Assembly (NCBI GenBank): GCA_030603365.1
Contig: JAUVXV010000014.1
Coordinates: 1 to 64,000 of the forward strand
Origin: Candidatus Heimdallarchaeota archaeon
GTDB taxonomy: Archaea > Asgardarchaeota > Heimdallarchaeia > Heimdallarchaeales > Heimdallarchaeaceae
Reading direction: 5' to 3'
DNA length: 64,000 nt
Part shown: positions 47,652 to 57,077 of the stretch, in pieces
How positions within the stretch are numbered: position 1 is the first letter of the stretch
Layout of the letters: each line of letters opens with the position of its first letter
Program-made: the position numbers and the translations under genes
Notes under the pieces: model-generated
The model's database searches: none
Told to the model about the DNA's origin: nothing
What the model saw: only the letters and a program-made list of their open reading frames with translations

Positions 47652-48896
47652 TTAAATCTTCATCTTTTTTCGATTATTTAAATATAGAAAGATTACCCCC
47701 AAGAAAACCATTGTTACATGAAAATGTAGTTTTGTAGTAGTAGGTCTTTCTAGATTTTCATTCAGAGGATAAAGGTCATTGTTTTCTGTTTTTCCATTGA
47801 TATGATAGGTACTATTTTGTTCACAATCAGACCAATAATTTCCTTCTAAAGTATCTTCATCAAACCAAGTGTTGTCTTTTCCTGAATCGTAGGCTTGTGA
47901 TGAACCTTCGATATTGTTATGAACAAAATAATTATGATGAATAGAATTAAGTCTAGAATTCTCATCTAATGCTACACCATATTCTGTGTTGTTTCTAATT
48001 AGATTGTAGGTCATCCTACATCTGTGAGTGTCCCATGATCTAATTCCATACCAACCATTGAACTCAATTGTATTTGAGATAATTTCTGAATCATATACTG
48101 AATATATCATTATTCCATCCCTTTCATTAAAACCGATTACATTGTCATCTATCACTACTTCAGCATATATTATTTCTATGCCTTCGATATTGTTATTAAT
48201 GATATTACCTTTTATGGTAGCAGCTCTAGCACCTACAACCATTATTCCCCAGAAGTTGAATGAGCACACATTATTACAAAAAGTGTTATTTTCACTATCA
48301 ATAGAAAAAATTCCATTCTCACTTTGATTCAAACATGTATTATTCTCAATTAGCGTGTTGTTAGTAGAATACAAAAAAATACCTGAATCTCCATATTCAT
48401 CCAGATGAGTAACTTGCTCGTATTCACAAAAATTATTTGTTATTTCGGCACCGTTTGTTCTACTTACTGCTATACCTCCGCTAGCTGTCTGATGGTTATA
48501 AATTGTATAACAAGTATTATTGGTAATAGTTGCCGTATAATCAGCTACATCACGAATATAGATACAAGTCCATAAGGCTTTAATCGAACAATTTCTAATA
48601 ATAAAGTGTTTTGTAGTATCTTCAACAAGAATTCCTACACCATAATTGAAAGTGTCAAATACATAGTTTTCAATAATGTATGGATCTAAAGCGGTTCCTA
48701 AACCTGAAAAACCATAATCTGTGAAATTTTGATCATTATATATTAAAATCAATCCAAGAGATTCTGATTCTATGGTATCTGATGAACTAGTAACTGTATT
48801 ATTATCTAAACATTCGTCTAATTCACTAAAACATGGTACAGATACTACTACACAAAACAGAATCATTAATGTCAGATATTTACTCAGTCTATCCAT
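47652..48896 (-). CDS. NosD/right-handed beta-helix surface protein with C-terminal TM
   Basis: ATG at 48896 gives a signal peptide. Contains GLGTALDPYIIE, Asn-rich repeats, SQAYD.G..N.W...LEGNYWSD and DLYPL, then TM and RKK. Confidence 0.88.
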   Translation of the reverse strand: MDRLSKYLTLMILFCVVVSVPCFSELDECLDNNTVTSSSDTIESESLGLILIYNDQNFTDYGFSGLGTALDPYIIENYVFDTFNYGVGILVEDTTKHFIIRNCSIKALWTCIYIRDVADYTATITNNTCYTIYNHQTASGGIAVSRTNGAEITNNFCEYEQVTHLDEYGDSGIFLYSTNNTLIENNTCLNQSENGIFSIDSENNTFCNNVCSFNFWGIMVVGARAATIKGNIINNNIEGIEIIYAEVVIDDNVIGFNERDGIMIYSVYDSEIISNTIEFNGWYGIRSWDTHRCRMTYNLIRNNTEYGVALDENSRLNSIHHNYFVHNNIEGSSQAYDSGKDNTWFDEDTLEGNYWSDCEQNSTYHINGKTENNDLYPLNENLERPTTTKLHFHVTMVFLGVIFLYLNNRKKMKI

Positions 48897-49038
48897 CCTT
48901 CCTTCAACTATAACAATATCAATTTTTAAATAATAAATTTTGTGGAAGCAGAAGATTTGTTGTAGGAACAATATGGAAAATCAATACCAATAAATTCCAA
49001 TTTTAATAACTTAAAAATAAGAAAAAAGAGGGAGTTTT

Positions 49039-49797
49039 TTAGCTATAGAAGTCGTCTTCATCACGAAAGTCTATATCCCCTTCTTTAAGAACAGGTTCTA
49101 CTTGATATACTATTCTTCCCTTCCAGTAGTATTCACCAGTACGATAAATTGGATTCTTTCTTAGGTATGCTAAAGTGCTCCTTGGAATATTATATTTGTT
49201 GCTAATAGTTGACATAGTAACATTTTCTTCGAACATTTGGAATATCGCGACAAGTTTAGGTCTCATTTCTTCATCAATAACCAATTTTCCGTCATCGATT
49301 CTATATCCAATAGGTGGTCTAGACATGATCTTATGATCCTGTATCCTACGTTTTATTCCATACATTCTTTTTTGTCTGTATTTTTTAAGCTCTTCTTCTC
49401 CTAATAGATCGTAGATCCTTGTTACAAGCATTTCTTCAGATTCCTCTGTTGCTCTAATCTCTACACCTCTACTTCTAAGGAGAACAGACGCATATCCTAA
49501 CATATCAACTTCTCTTGAAATACGGTCTCGAGTTTGAACCCATACTTCTCTGATTGGGTCTTCAGGTCTTTGAGAATTATAGGTTGAGATGAATTCTAAC
49601 ATTTCTTTAAAAGCTGGCCTCTCTTCAACATGACTATCTCCAGAAACATCCTCATCAACAAATGTATCTAGAACATGTCTGTAACCAACACTTTTTATTT
49701 TCTTGTCTATTACATCATACTGAGTATCTCTACCAGATTCTTGATCAGCTGTACTGACTCTCACATAAGTAACTACATTCACATGCATAGTTTCCAA
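49039..49797 (-). CDS. Serine recombinase (resolvase catalytic domain plus short recombinase DNA-binding domain)
   Basis: YVRVST..Q (catalytic Ser), D.DVSG, RPAF, RDRISR, PPIGY...LVIDEE and NPIY.TG. No zinc ribbon or coiled coil. The start may be ATG 49788. Confidence 0.92.
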   Translation of the reverse strand: METMHVNVVTYVRVSTADQESGRDTQYDVIDKKIKSVGYRHVLDTFVDEDVSGDSHVEERPAFKEMLEFISTYNSQRPEDPIREVWVQTRDRISREVDMLGYASVLLRSRGVEIRATEESEEMLVTRIYDLLGEEELKKYRQKRMYGIKRRIQDHKIMSRPPIGYRIDDGKLVIDEEMRPKLVAIFQMFEENVTMSTISNKYNIPRSTLAYLRKNPIYRTGEYYWKGRIVYQVEPVLKEGDIDFRDEDDFYS

Positions 49798-49946
49798 TAA
49801 GGTGGGTTCTTCTTATAACATAAATAACATCCGTATATTCTTGAGGAATTACAAGAAGTTCTGATTGTTTATGACGGGATAATAGAAAGGAGGGAGGAGT
49901 GTTCTTGAAATGGTGAATAAAATGAAAAGAACACTACTTTGATACC

Positions 49947-51398
49947 TTAATCTTCCTCCAACTCTATAGTTTTCTTATGTAAAATGTGTCTTTCCCAATC
50001 GAAAGTAATTTCACCATCGTCATGTTTTGTAAAAGGTACATCCATCTTACCATACTCGGTGATGACATAGAAGTCCATCACTTCTGGTTTATCATTTTTT
50101 GGTATAAGAGGTGTCGAATGTTTATCAAACCAATTCTCATCTGTGAGAAATAACAGTCCATTTCTGCTTTGTATTTCCATTGTTATTGTTTTCTTATAAG
50201 CTTCATATTTCCCAGAGAGTACTCGATAGTGTTTTCTGCGTTTGTAGAGGGGCATGTCTTCGTCAGGGTCTTTTCCGAGAAGTAATGCAAACGCAGTTAG
50301 TATTAGGTGTTCAGGAGTCCAGTTAACATTCTGGAGCTGTGCATAGGTAAGATTTAACTCGGGTATGAAACCTACCCAACCACCAGAAACACCAGACATT
50401 CCCCCATGAACATATAATCTATGACCGAAGAAATTTTCGTGAATCTTCCAGCCATAGCCGTAAGCAGCATTAGAATTTGGATAATAGTTCAAGTACTGAG
50501 CTTGAATATTATTGTTATGGGATTGCCACATTTCTTTGATTAAAGATTCTTCCAAAATTCTGTTTCCATTAAATTCTCCACCATCAATATGACATTGTAG
50601 AAAATTAGTAATTTCCTTTGCACTGGAGATTAATCCTCCTGAACCAGAGATAAAGGGACCAGATAAGAGGTTTTTAGGAGCTCGTTTGATCTTCTTGTCC
50701 TGCAATCCAAAATTAAATCCTCGAGAAATATCCTCATCTTCTTCAGCGGTCTTTCTAAAGAAAGTGCTTCTATTCATTCCTAAAGGTTGTAGGATTTTCT
50801 CTGTAATATACTCTTCAAATGGTTGTTTAGATAGTTTTTCTATAAGTTGTCCAAGTAAGACAAAACCGGCATTGAAGTAGTAATATTTCTTATTAGGTGA
50901 ACTTAGAATTTCACTCTGAGCATCATTTATGTGAAAGTAGAAATCATCCCAATTCCCCATTGGGAAGATAGGAGCGTTAGCTTGATATAAGTCCTGATTC
51001 ATCTGGGAAAAATAAAATGTCATTAAAGATGGAATACCAGAAGCGTGACTCATCAAGTGTCGAATCTTTATTGGATCAGATTCTAACCCAATTTTAACAG
51101 GTATATATTTTGAAATTGGGTCATCAATATTCAGTAACCCAGCTTCTTGTAATTGCAAAACCCCGAGACATGTGATAGATTTTGTAATAGATGATATTCC
51201 AAATAGAGTATTAGGAGTTGTTGCCTTAACATCACCTTTTTCTCTCACTCCAAAACATCTCTGATATAATGGTTTTTTATCCTGAGTGATTAAGATTGAT
51301 ATTCCAGGAACTTTCAAATTTCGCATAACTTTGACTACTTCTCTATCAAATTTATCCTTGAATTTAGTGAAATCTATGTCTCGTGTGTTCATTATCAT
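49947..51398 (-). CDS. Serine hydrolase, beta-lactamase/AmpC-like family (possible D-aminopeptidase)
   Basis: SITKS (SxxK), LMSHASG, YYYFN (YxN), PLGM, GSGGL and HGG. Confidence 0.92.
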   Translation of the reverse strand: MIMNTRDIDFTKFKDKFDREVVKVMRNLKVPGISILITQDKKPLYQRCFGVREKGDVKATTPNTLFGISSITKSITCLGVLQLQEAGLLNIDDPISKYIPVKIGLESDPIKIRHLMSHASGIPSLMTFYFSQMNQDLYQANAPIFPMGNWDDFYFHINDAQSEILSSPNKKYYYFNAGFVLLGQLIEKLSKQPFEEYITEKILQPLGMNRSTFFRKTAEEDEDISRGFNFGLQDKKIKRAPKNLLSGPFISGSGGLISSAKEITNFLQCHIDGGEFNGNRILEESLIKEMWQSHNNNIQAQYLNYYPNSNAAYGYGWKIHENFFGHRLYVHGGMSGVSGGWVGFIPELNLTYAQLQNVNWTPEHLILTAFALLLGKDPDEDMPLYKRRKHYRVLSGKYEAYKKTITMEIQSRNGLLFLTDENWFDKHSTPLIPKNDKPEVMDFYVITEYGKMDVPFTKHDDGEITFDWERHILHKKTIELEED

Positions 51399-51420
51399 TC
51401 ACGCTCTTATGAATAGTTAT

Positions 51421-51480
51421 TATGTTTAGTTTTTAACGCTTTTGCTAAACATATGTTTTTTTCCCCGAAATACTTATATA
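51421..51480 (+). promoter_or_regulatory. Inverted-repeat operator ATGTTTAG-N15-CTAAACAT plus BRE/TATA upstream of oppA (divergent with the serine hydrolase)
   Basis: TATGTTTAG 51421-51429 and CTAAACATA 51445-51453; CCCGAAA 51464-51470; TTATATA 51474-51480. Confidence 0.75.
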
Positions 51481-51555
51481 TTTCTGAAGAATTGCTATAA
51501 TAGTCTTTGATGAACTAATCAAAGGCAAGGAAAAAAATAAAGGATTGATAAAAAA

Positions 51556-53313
51556 TTGAAAAATAAATTATTAATCGCAACAGCAATTCTATTTGCTGGG
51601 ATTATATTGACATCTTCATCTATGTCTGTCCTTGCTCAAGATGACCCTTTTGTTGGCGGTTCTGTTACCGTTGCTAGTGGAACAGATCCACTTACACTTA
51701 ATCCGTTAACATATGGTTCAATCTATGAAGGATATATCATAGATTTCGTATATGATGCACTTATAAATCTCGACACTGAAAACAATCCAATAGGTGGTTT
51801 GGCTTCATCTTGGGAAAACAGTTTAGATAACACTTTATGGAACTTCACAATTAGAACAGGTGCAGTATGGCACGATGGAATTCCACTTACCTTAGACGAT
51901 ATAGAATACACATGGAATCTAAAACTAAGTGATCCTGGTCTCCCACGTAGAAGTTGGATGTTTGATGACTTAATTGGTATAACTAAGTTTACAGCTGAGA
52001 ATAAAATTCAAGTAGAATTTGATTTTTCACCAAAAGAAGCTGATGTACTCTTAGATTTTGCAACTGGTACTATCTTACCTGAACACATTTGGGAAGATGT
52101 TGTTGATATTTACACTTTCAACAATGAAGCACCAATTGGAAGTGGTCCATTCGTATTTGAACAATGGGAAACAGGACAATTCATCAAATTATCTAGAAAT
52201 CCTAACTACTTCCTTGAAGGTCCATGGATTGAAGAATTAATAATTCAACTAATTCCTTCAACTGAGTCCCAATACTACGCCTTAAGTACTGGTGAAATAG
52301 AAATGATGGGCGGTCCTCCACCAGAATTAGAAGCTTTAGCAAAGGTGGATCCAAACATTGAAGTACACGAATTTTACCAAGATTATATTATGTACTTAAC
52401 CATGAACCAGAGAAGATACCCAAATAATGTTCTAGAATTCAGACAAGCCGTTCTAACAGGAATTAACAGAGATGAAATAGTAGATATTGCTCGTTATGGT
52501 CGTGGGCTAACTTGTCCAGCCTCAATGAGTTTACCATATGGTCCGTACTATAATCCAGATATTCCTACCTATGACTATAATGTTGCAGTAGCTAATGCGC
52601 TCCTAGATAGTATTGGATTTACAGATGACATTGGTAGCGATGGTATTAGAGAGGATGCTAATGACACAGATCTTTCATTTGAGTTGATGGTTTCTGCTGA
52701 AGCTCAAGAATCAGTTGATACAGCTAAACTAATCCAAGACTACATGGCCGATATTGGTGTTGAAGTCACTCTTGTACCAATCTTATTTGACCTACTATGG
52801 ACTTATGTTGGTGGTCCTGGAGGAACTTACCCTGATAAATACGACTATGACTGGGCATTTCTTGGTTGGGTAGGCTTTTGGAGTGATTTCTATCCAAACT
52901 GGGCATATTGGATGTTTAGTGCTGACAGATGGTGGGGATCAGATGAAGTCAACATTCCTGGTTGGTCAGGAACCCCAAAAGATGATGTAACCCAACTTTG
53001 TGACGATATATTGTATACAGTTGATGAAAATGTAATCAAGGAAAAACTTGATGAAATTCAGTTGATTGTAGCAACCGATCTACCTTACATACCAATTAAC
53101 GTACTTGGTGGTGTAGCTCTATATAGAATCGACGAATTCGCTGGTTATATTATGGGTAATACAACTGGTCCAGATAATTGGCAAACTTGGCTTAATCTAC
53201 ATCTGATTGAACCAATAGCTACTGAAGGTGCTCCAGCATTCGCAATAATTACTGCAGTTGTTGCAGTAATGACAACAGTTGGAACTATCAAATTACGAAG
53301 ACGTAAAAAATAA
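51556..53313 (+). CDS. oppA: Peptide ABC transporter substrate-binding protein (family 5) with C-terminal TM anchor
   Basis: DPLTLNP, YDAL, GLASSWE, WHDG.PLT.DD, PIGSGPF and RQAV..GINR. Ends APAF, TM, RRRKK; TTG start. Confidence 0.93.
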   Translation: MKNKLLIATAILFAGIILTSSSMSVLAQDDPFVGGSVTVASGTDPLTLNPLTYGSIYEGYIIDFVYDALINLDTENNPIGGLASSWENSLDNTLWNFTIRTGAVWHDGIPLTLDDIEYTWNLKLSDPGLPRRSWMFDDLIGITKFTAENKIQVEFDFSPKEADVLLDFATGTILPEHIWEDVVDIYTFNNEAPIGSGPFVFEQWETGQFIKLSRNPNYFLEGPWIEELIIQLIPSTESQYYALSTGEIEMMGGPPPELEALAKVDPNIEVHEFYQDYIMYLTMNQRRYPNNVLEFRQAVLTGINRDEIVDIARYGRGLTCPASMSLPYGPYYNPDIPTYDYNVAVANALLDSIGFTDDIGSDGIREDANDTDLSFELMVSAEAQESVDTAKLIQDYMADIGVEVTLVPILFDLLWTYVGGPGGTYPDKYDYDWAFLGWVGFWSDFYPNWAYWMFSADRWWGSDEVNIPGWSGTPKDDVTQLCDDILYTVDENVIKEKLDEIQLIVATDLPYIPINVLGGVALYRIDEFAGYIMGNTTGPDNWQTWLNLHLIEPIATEGAPAFAIITAVVAVMTTVGTIKLRRRKK

Positions 53314-53323
53314 TTTAATGGAA

Positions 53324-53362
53324 CTAAGGTATTGAACCTTAGATTCTTTTTATTTTTCTTTT
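53324..53362 (+). terminator. Hairpin plus T-tract after oppA
   Basis: CTAAGGT-ATTGA-ACCTTAG followed by ATTCTTTTTATTTTTCTTTT. Confidence 0.6.
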
Positions 53363-53377
53363 AAAACTTATCAAAAA

Positions 53378-53436
53378 TAATGTTTAGTTTAATATTGTTT
53401 ATCTAAACATTAAGTATAACCCGAAAAATTTAAAAG
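53378..53436 (+). promoter_or_regulatory. Second ATGTTTAG-N15-CTAAACAT operator plus BRE/TATA upstream of oppB
   Basis: TAATGTTTAG 53378-53387 and CTAAACATTA 53403-53412; CCCGAAA 53420-53426; TTTAAAA 53429-53435. Confidence 0.75.
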
Positions 53437-53476
53437 TATTTCAAATAAAGAAGGTACAACCATTGGAGATTATAAT

Positions 53477-55024
53477 ATGAGTTTGAGAGAAGTTGAAGTA
53501 AAAGAAGGATTCTTCCGTAAAACAAAGAATTTTCCTTATTTCATTGCTGCAGGATCTTTACCTTTAATATTTACAATTAGTGCAATAATTATAGGTGTTA
53601 TTGCTTCTTTGGCAACACCTCAAAACATTGAATCATACTTCAATACCAGAGCTATTTTGTTTAGGGGAAGAACCTTTTTGGAGATGGGAAGAAGATTGAT
53701 TTACAGCCCGTCTATTGTGCTAGGTGGAACTGCATCAATACCCATGTGGATGGCACTTGGCTCTGCTATTTTTACCCTCATTTTTACCTGTGTATTTGTT
53801 TATACTGTGAAAAAAGACATAATGGAAGAACACCGAAGATTATTTAAGGTGTCTTCAGGTGCGTTTTGGTTACTCAATGTCATTTTAATTTTAGGAGAAT
53901 TAATTAAAATAACTATTCCAGATTTTATAACCACTGGACATCCTACTTATCTTGCTAAAACTATTCTTGAAATCATTAGTATATCCACAATTATACTTCT
54001 TATTTGGTCTTATTATGTATGGAAACATATTAACTGGAGGATTGTGAGATATATTGCGAAAAAAGTGTTTTTCGCTCTTGTAGCTTATTACGTTGCCATA
54101 ACTATTGTATTCATTATTTACAGAGTTATGCCTGGTGATCCCACGTTTATTTTTGCTACTCAAAGAGATGTTGATCCAAGTGTAACGCAAGCATTGATTG
54201 AGCGATGGGGATTAGATGAACCTCTTTGGAATCAATATTGGATTTATATTAGAAATGTTCTTTCTGGAAATCTCGGTTATTCATATCTTCACATGAAATA
54301 TGTCAATGTGATAATTGCAGATTATGTTCCTTGGTCACTTCTTCTTTTAGGGACTGCATTCGTTCTTAATTCTGTGATTGGAATAGTTCTAGGTGCTGTT
54401 GTAGCTTGGAGAAGAGGATCAAAACTCGATTCAGCTTTTGTACTAACATATAATGTCTATAATGCAATTCCGCTCTTCTTTGTAGGAATGATATTTATTG
54501 CAGTTTTTGGTTTTATGGCGAGAGATAGAGGTTGGTTAATTTACTTTCCAATCTATGGGTCTTATTCCGCTTCATTTACAGGAGGAGGTTTTATGAAATT
54601 CCTAGATATTCTCTGGCACATGTTTTTACCATTAGTGGTTTTGATGTTATATGGAGTTTTAGGCTGGTCTTGGTTCATGCGAGGGAATTTAATCAATGTA
54701 AAAACAGAAGATTATATTCAAACTGCTAAAGCAAAAGGACTAAATGATAATCAAGTCCTTTTCAAACATGGGTTCAGAAACGCAGCTTTGCCTGTTATAA
54801 CCTCCATTGGAATGAGTTTTGGTGGATTGATTGGAGGAGCAGTGTTAGTGGAAACGGTATTTGCGTACAAAGGAATGGGTACGCTTATTTTTGGTGCAAT
54901 TCAAAATAAAGATTACCAATTACTGATGGGGACTTTCATCATTATAGCAGGAATAACTCTTCTAGGTCTTCTCATAGCTGAGGTCTTGTATGGATTTGTT
55001 GATCCACGAATTAAAGCAGAATAG
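53477..55024 (+). CDS. oppB: Peptide ABC transporter permease with extra N-terminal TM domain
   Basis: MPGDP, GLDEPL..QY, EAA motif EDYIQTAKAKGL and VDPRIK; about 185 extra N-terminal residues with ~4 TMs. Confidence 0.92.
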   Translation: MSLREVEVKEGFFRKTKNFPYFIAAGSLPLIFTISAIIIGVIASLATPQNIESYFNTRAILFRGRTFLEMGRRLIYSPSIVLGGTASIPMWMALGSAIFTLIFTCVFVYTVKKDIMEEHRRLFKVSSGAFWLLNVILILGELIKITIPDFITTGHPTYLAKTILEIISISTIILLIWSYYVWKHINWRIVRYIAKKVFFALVAYYVAITIVFIIYRVMPGDPTFIFATQRDVDPSVTQALIERWGLDEPLWNQYWIYIRNVLSGNLGYSYLHMKYVNVIIADYVPWSLLLLGTAFVLNSVIGIVLGAVVAWRRGSKLDSAFVLTYNVYNAIPLFFVGMIFIAVFGFMARDRGWLIYFPIYGSYSASFTGGGFMKFLDILWHMFLPLVVLMLYGVLGWSWFMRGNLINVKTEDYIQTAKAKGLNDNQVLFKHGFRNAALPVITSIGMSFGGLIGGAVLVETVFAYKGMGTLIFGAIQNKDYQLLMGTFIIIAGITLLGLLIAEVLYGFVDPRIKAE

Positions 55025-55033
55025 GTGTAAAAA

Positions 55034-57073
55034 ATGGAAGAACAAGAATCAAAAAGTGTAAGAAAAATAATGATTTATTGGGTATTATCTTCAATCCTCT
55101 TCATTTTAGATGCAGTTTTAAATGCAATACCTGCTTATAAAAGTCCAACTACAAATAGAATATTACCTCATTTACAACTAGGTATTGAAACACCGATTTT
55201 AATTAATCAAAATTATCTTGTTTGGGGGATTATAAATTTTATCGGTTTAGCTTCAATTATTGGTTTAATGATTGTAATTTTGAGACCCCAGAAAAGTAAA
55301 GACATATACTTTATTGGTTTAATTCCTTTAGCATTATCAATTGTTTCAATGACCTTTGGAGTACCAAAGTTTTGGGGTATACTGTCACTTATCTTTACTC
55401 TGTTAATTGCTTATCATTCATTAAAACTCACAGGAAGAGCTAAGCAAGGGTTCAGTCTTATAAATAGAGTAATCTTTCAAAATGCAAAGATTGTTACAGG
55501 AATAATATGGTCGATAACATCAGTTTCTCTTTTACTTGATGCAGTTCTACGTGCATTTCCTGAAAGTCAAGTAGATGGTATTTCTCATCTATTTCGAGGA
55601 GTGATAGACTGCATAGGTGCTGCATTTATTCTTTTTGCGATTTTAATGTTAAACAAAAACATATCTAAGCGAATCAAGTTTTGGATTGGGATTGGACCAT
55701 TTGCAGCAACGATTATTGGATTCTTAGTTGGGTTCCCATTTTCAATGACTTCAATATGGATGTGGGTTGCGATTGTATTTAGTATTTTAACTTTGGTGAA
55801 TTTCGCTAAACTCTATGGAGAAGTAAAGGATATTCCTCGATTCATTAAAAAGATGAATGCTATGTTTTGGATTTTTGCTGGTATTATGGCACTTGTTAAT
55901 TTGTCAACTGTTTCCTTCCCTCTCTATTTTAAACACCATTATCTAAATTACCTTGCTTGGGGGATATTTGACATTGTTGTAGCAATTTCGATGTTGACTC
56001 CAATTATTTTGGCTATATTCAAATTTACACCAAAAAATTGGATCTATACAGCTTTAGGTTCAAGTCCCTTAATTCTTAGTATTCCAGGTTTAGTGCTTGG
56101 GATTATTACTAAAAAGAGTTCAATATGGATGTGGCTTTCTCTTGTTTTTGGTTTCTTCGCATGCTTATTTGCATTCTTAATATCAGGAAATCCAAATAAT
56201 CAACAAAGAAGAGTGAACAAATGGCAAAAAACTTGGGGTGTTTTCAAGAAAAACTGGATGGGTATCTCAGGACTCATCCTCATATCTGTAATAGTTATTC
56301 TTGCAATAGGGGGGTCAAGATTGACAAAATGGGATCCTGATTCTTATGGAGAAAGTCCTATTCTTGAATCACCAAGTCTTACTCACATTCTTGGAACAAA
56401 TCGCTATGGTCAAGACGTATTCACAGTACTATTAGATAGTTTGAGTATATCATTGTTAATAGGAGTTATTGCAGGTAGTGTAACGGTGATACTCGGAACG
56501 ATGATAGGTGTTGCAAGTGCATATTTAGGAGGATGGGTTGACAATATCATTATGCGTATAACAGATGTTGTATTGGTATTACCTGCACTACCTCTGATGT
56601 TAGTTCTAGCATCTTTGCCATTTCTTTTTGGTAAAGTTCATTGGTCAGTCATAGCGGTAGTTTACATTGTTGTATTTTGGCCCGTATCTGCCAGACTCAT
56701 TAGAGGTCAAGCACTATCCATTAAAGAGAGAGCATTTGTTACAAGTGCGAAATCATCAGGAGCAGGTTCAGGATACATTATTTTCAAACACATATTACCT
56801 AATGTTTTTCCTCTAATGCTTACAATGGTTATAACTTCCATGAGGCAAGCAATTCTATACGAATCATTCTTATCTTATCTTGGCCTGGGAGATCCTCTAA
56901 ACTGGACTCTAGGACAAATGCTCTATATTGCACAGCAGCAAGCAGCTTTGTCATCTGGAGCTTGGTGGATGTTCTTTCCACCTGGTATAGCAATTGGTCT
57001 GATTACTCTGAGTTTTGCTTTCATTGGAATGGCTTTAGATGAAATAGTAAATCCACGATTAAGAAAACGGTGA
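55034..57073 (+). CDS. oppC: Peptide ABC transporter permease with triplicated N-terminal membrane module
   Basis: HILGTNRYGQD, ARLIRGQALS, AKSSGA..IIFKHILPN and NPRLRKR; about 390 extra N-terminal residues. Confidence 0.92.
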   Translation: MEEQESKSVRKIMIYWVLSSILFILDAVLNAIPAYKSPTTNRILPHLQLGIETPILINQNYLVWGIINFIGLASIIGLMIVILRPQKSKDIYFIGLIPLALSIVSMTFGVPKFWGILSLIFTLLIAYHSLKLTGRAKQGFSLINRVIFQNAKIVTGIIWSITSVSLLLDAVLRAFPESQVDGISHLFRGVIDCIGAAFILFAILMLNKNISKRIKFWIGIGPFAATIIGFLVGFPFSMTSIWMWVAIVFSILTLVNFAKLYGEVKDIPRFIKKMNAMFWIFAGIMALVNLSTVSFPLYFKHHYLNYLAWGIFDIVVAISMLTPIILAIFKFTPKNWIYTALGSSPLILSIPGLVLGIITKKSSIWMWLSLVFGFFACLFAFLISGNPNNQQRRVNKWQKTWGVFKKNWMGISGLILISVIVILAIGGSRLTKWDPDSYGESPILESPSLTHILGTNRYGQDVFTVLLDSLSISLLIGVIAGSVTVILGTMIGVASAYLGGWVDNIIMRITDVVLVLPALPLMLVLASLPFLFGKVHWSVIAVVYIVVFWPVSARLIRGQALSIKERAFVTSAKSSGAGSGYIIFKHILPNVFPLMLTMVITSMRQAILYESFLSYLGLGDPLNWTLGQMLYIAQQQAALSSGAWWMFFPPGIAIGLITLSFAFIGMALDEIVNPRLRKR

Positions 57074-57077
57074 TGAT

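Noticed and set aside
49039-49797. IS607 TnpA partner of the TnpB at the window start
   Set aside because: It lacks the N-terminal HTH of IS607 TnpA, has a C-terminal recombinase domain instead, and lies 48 kb away.
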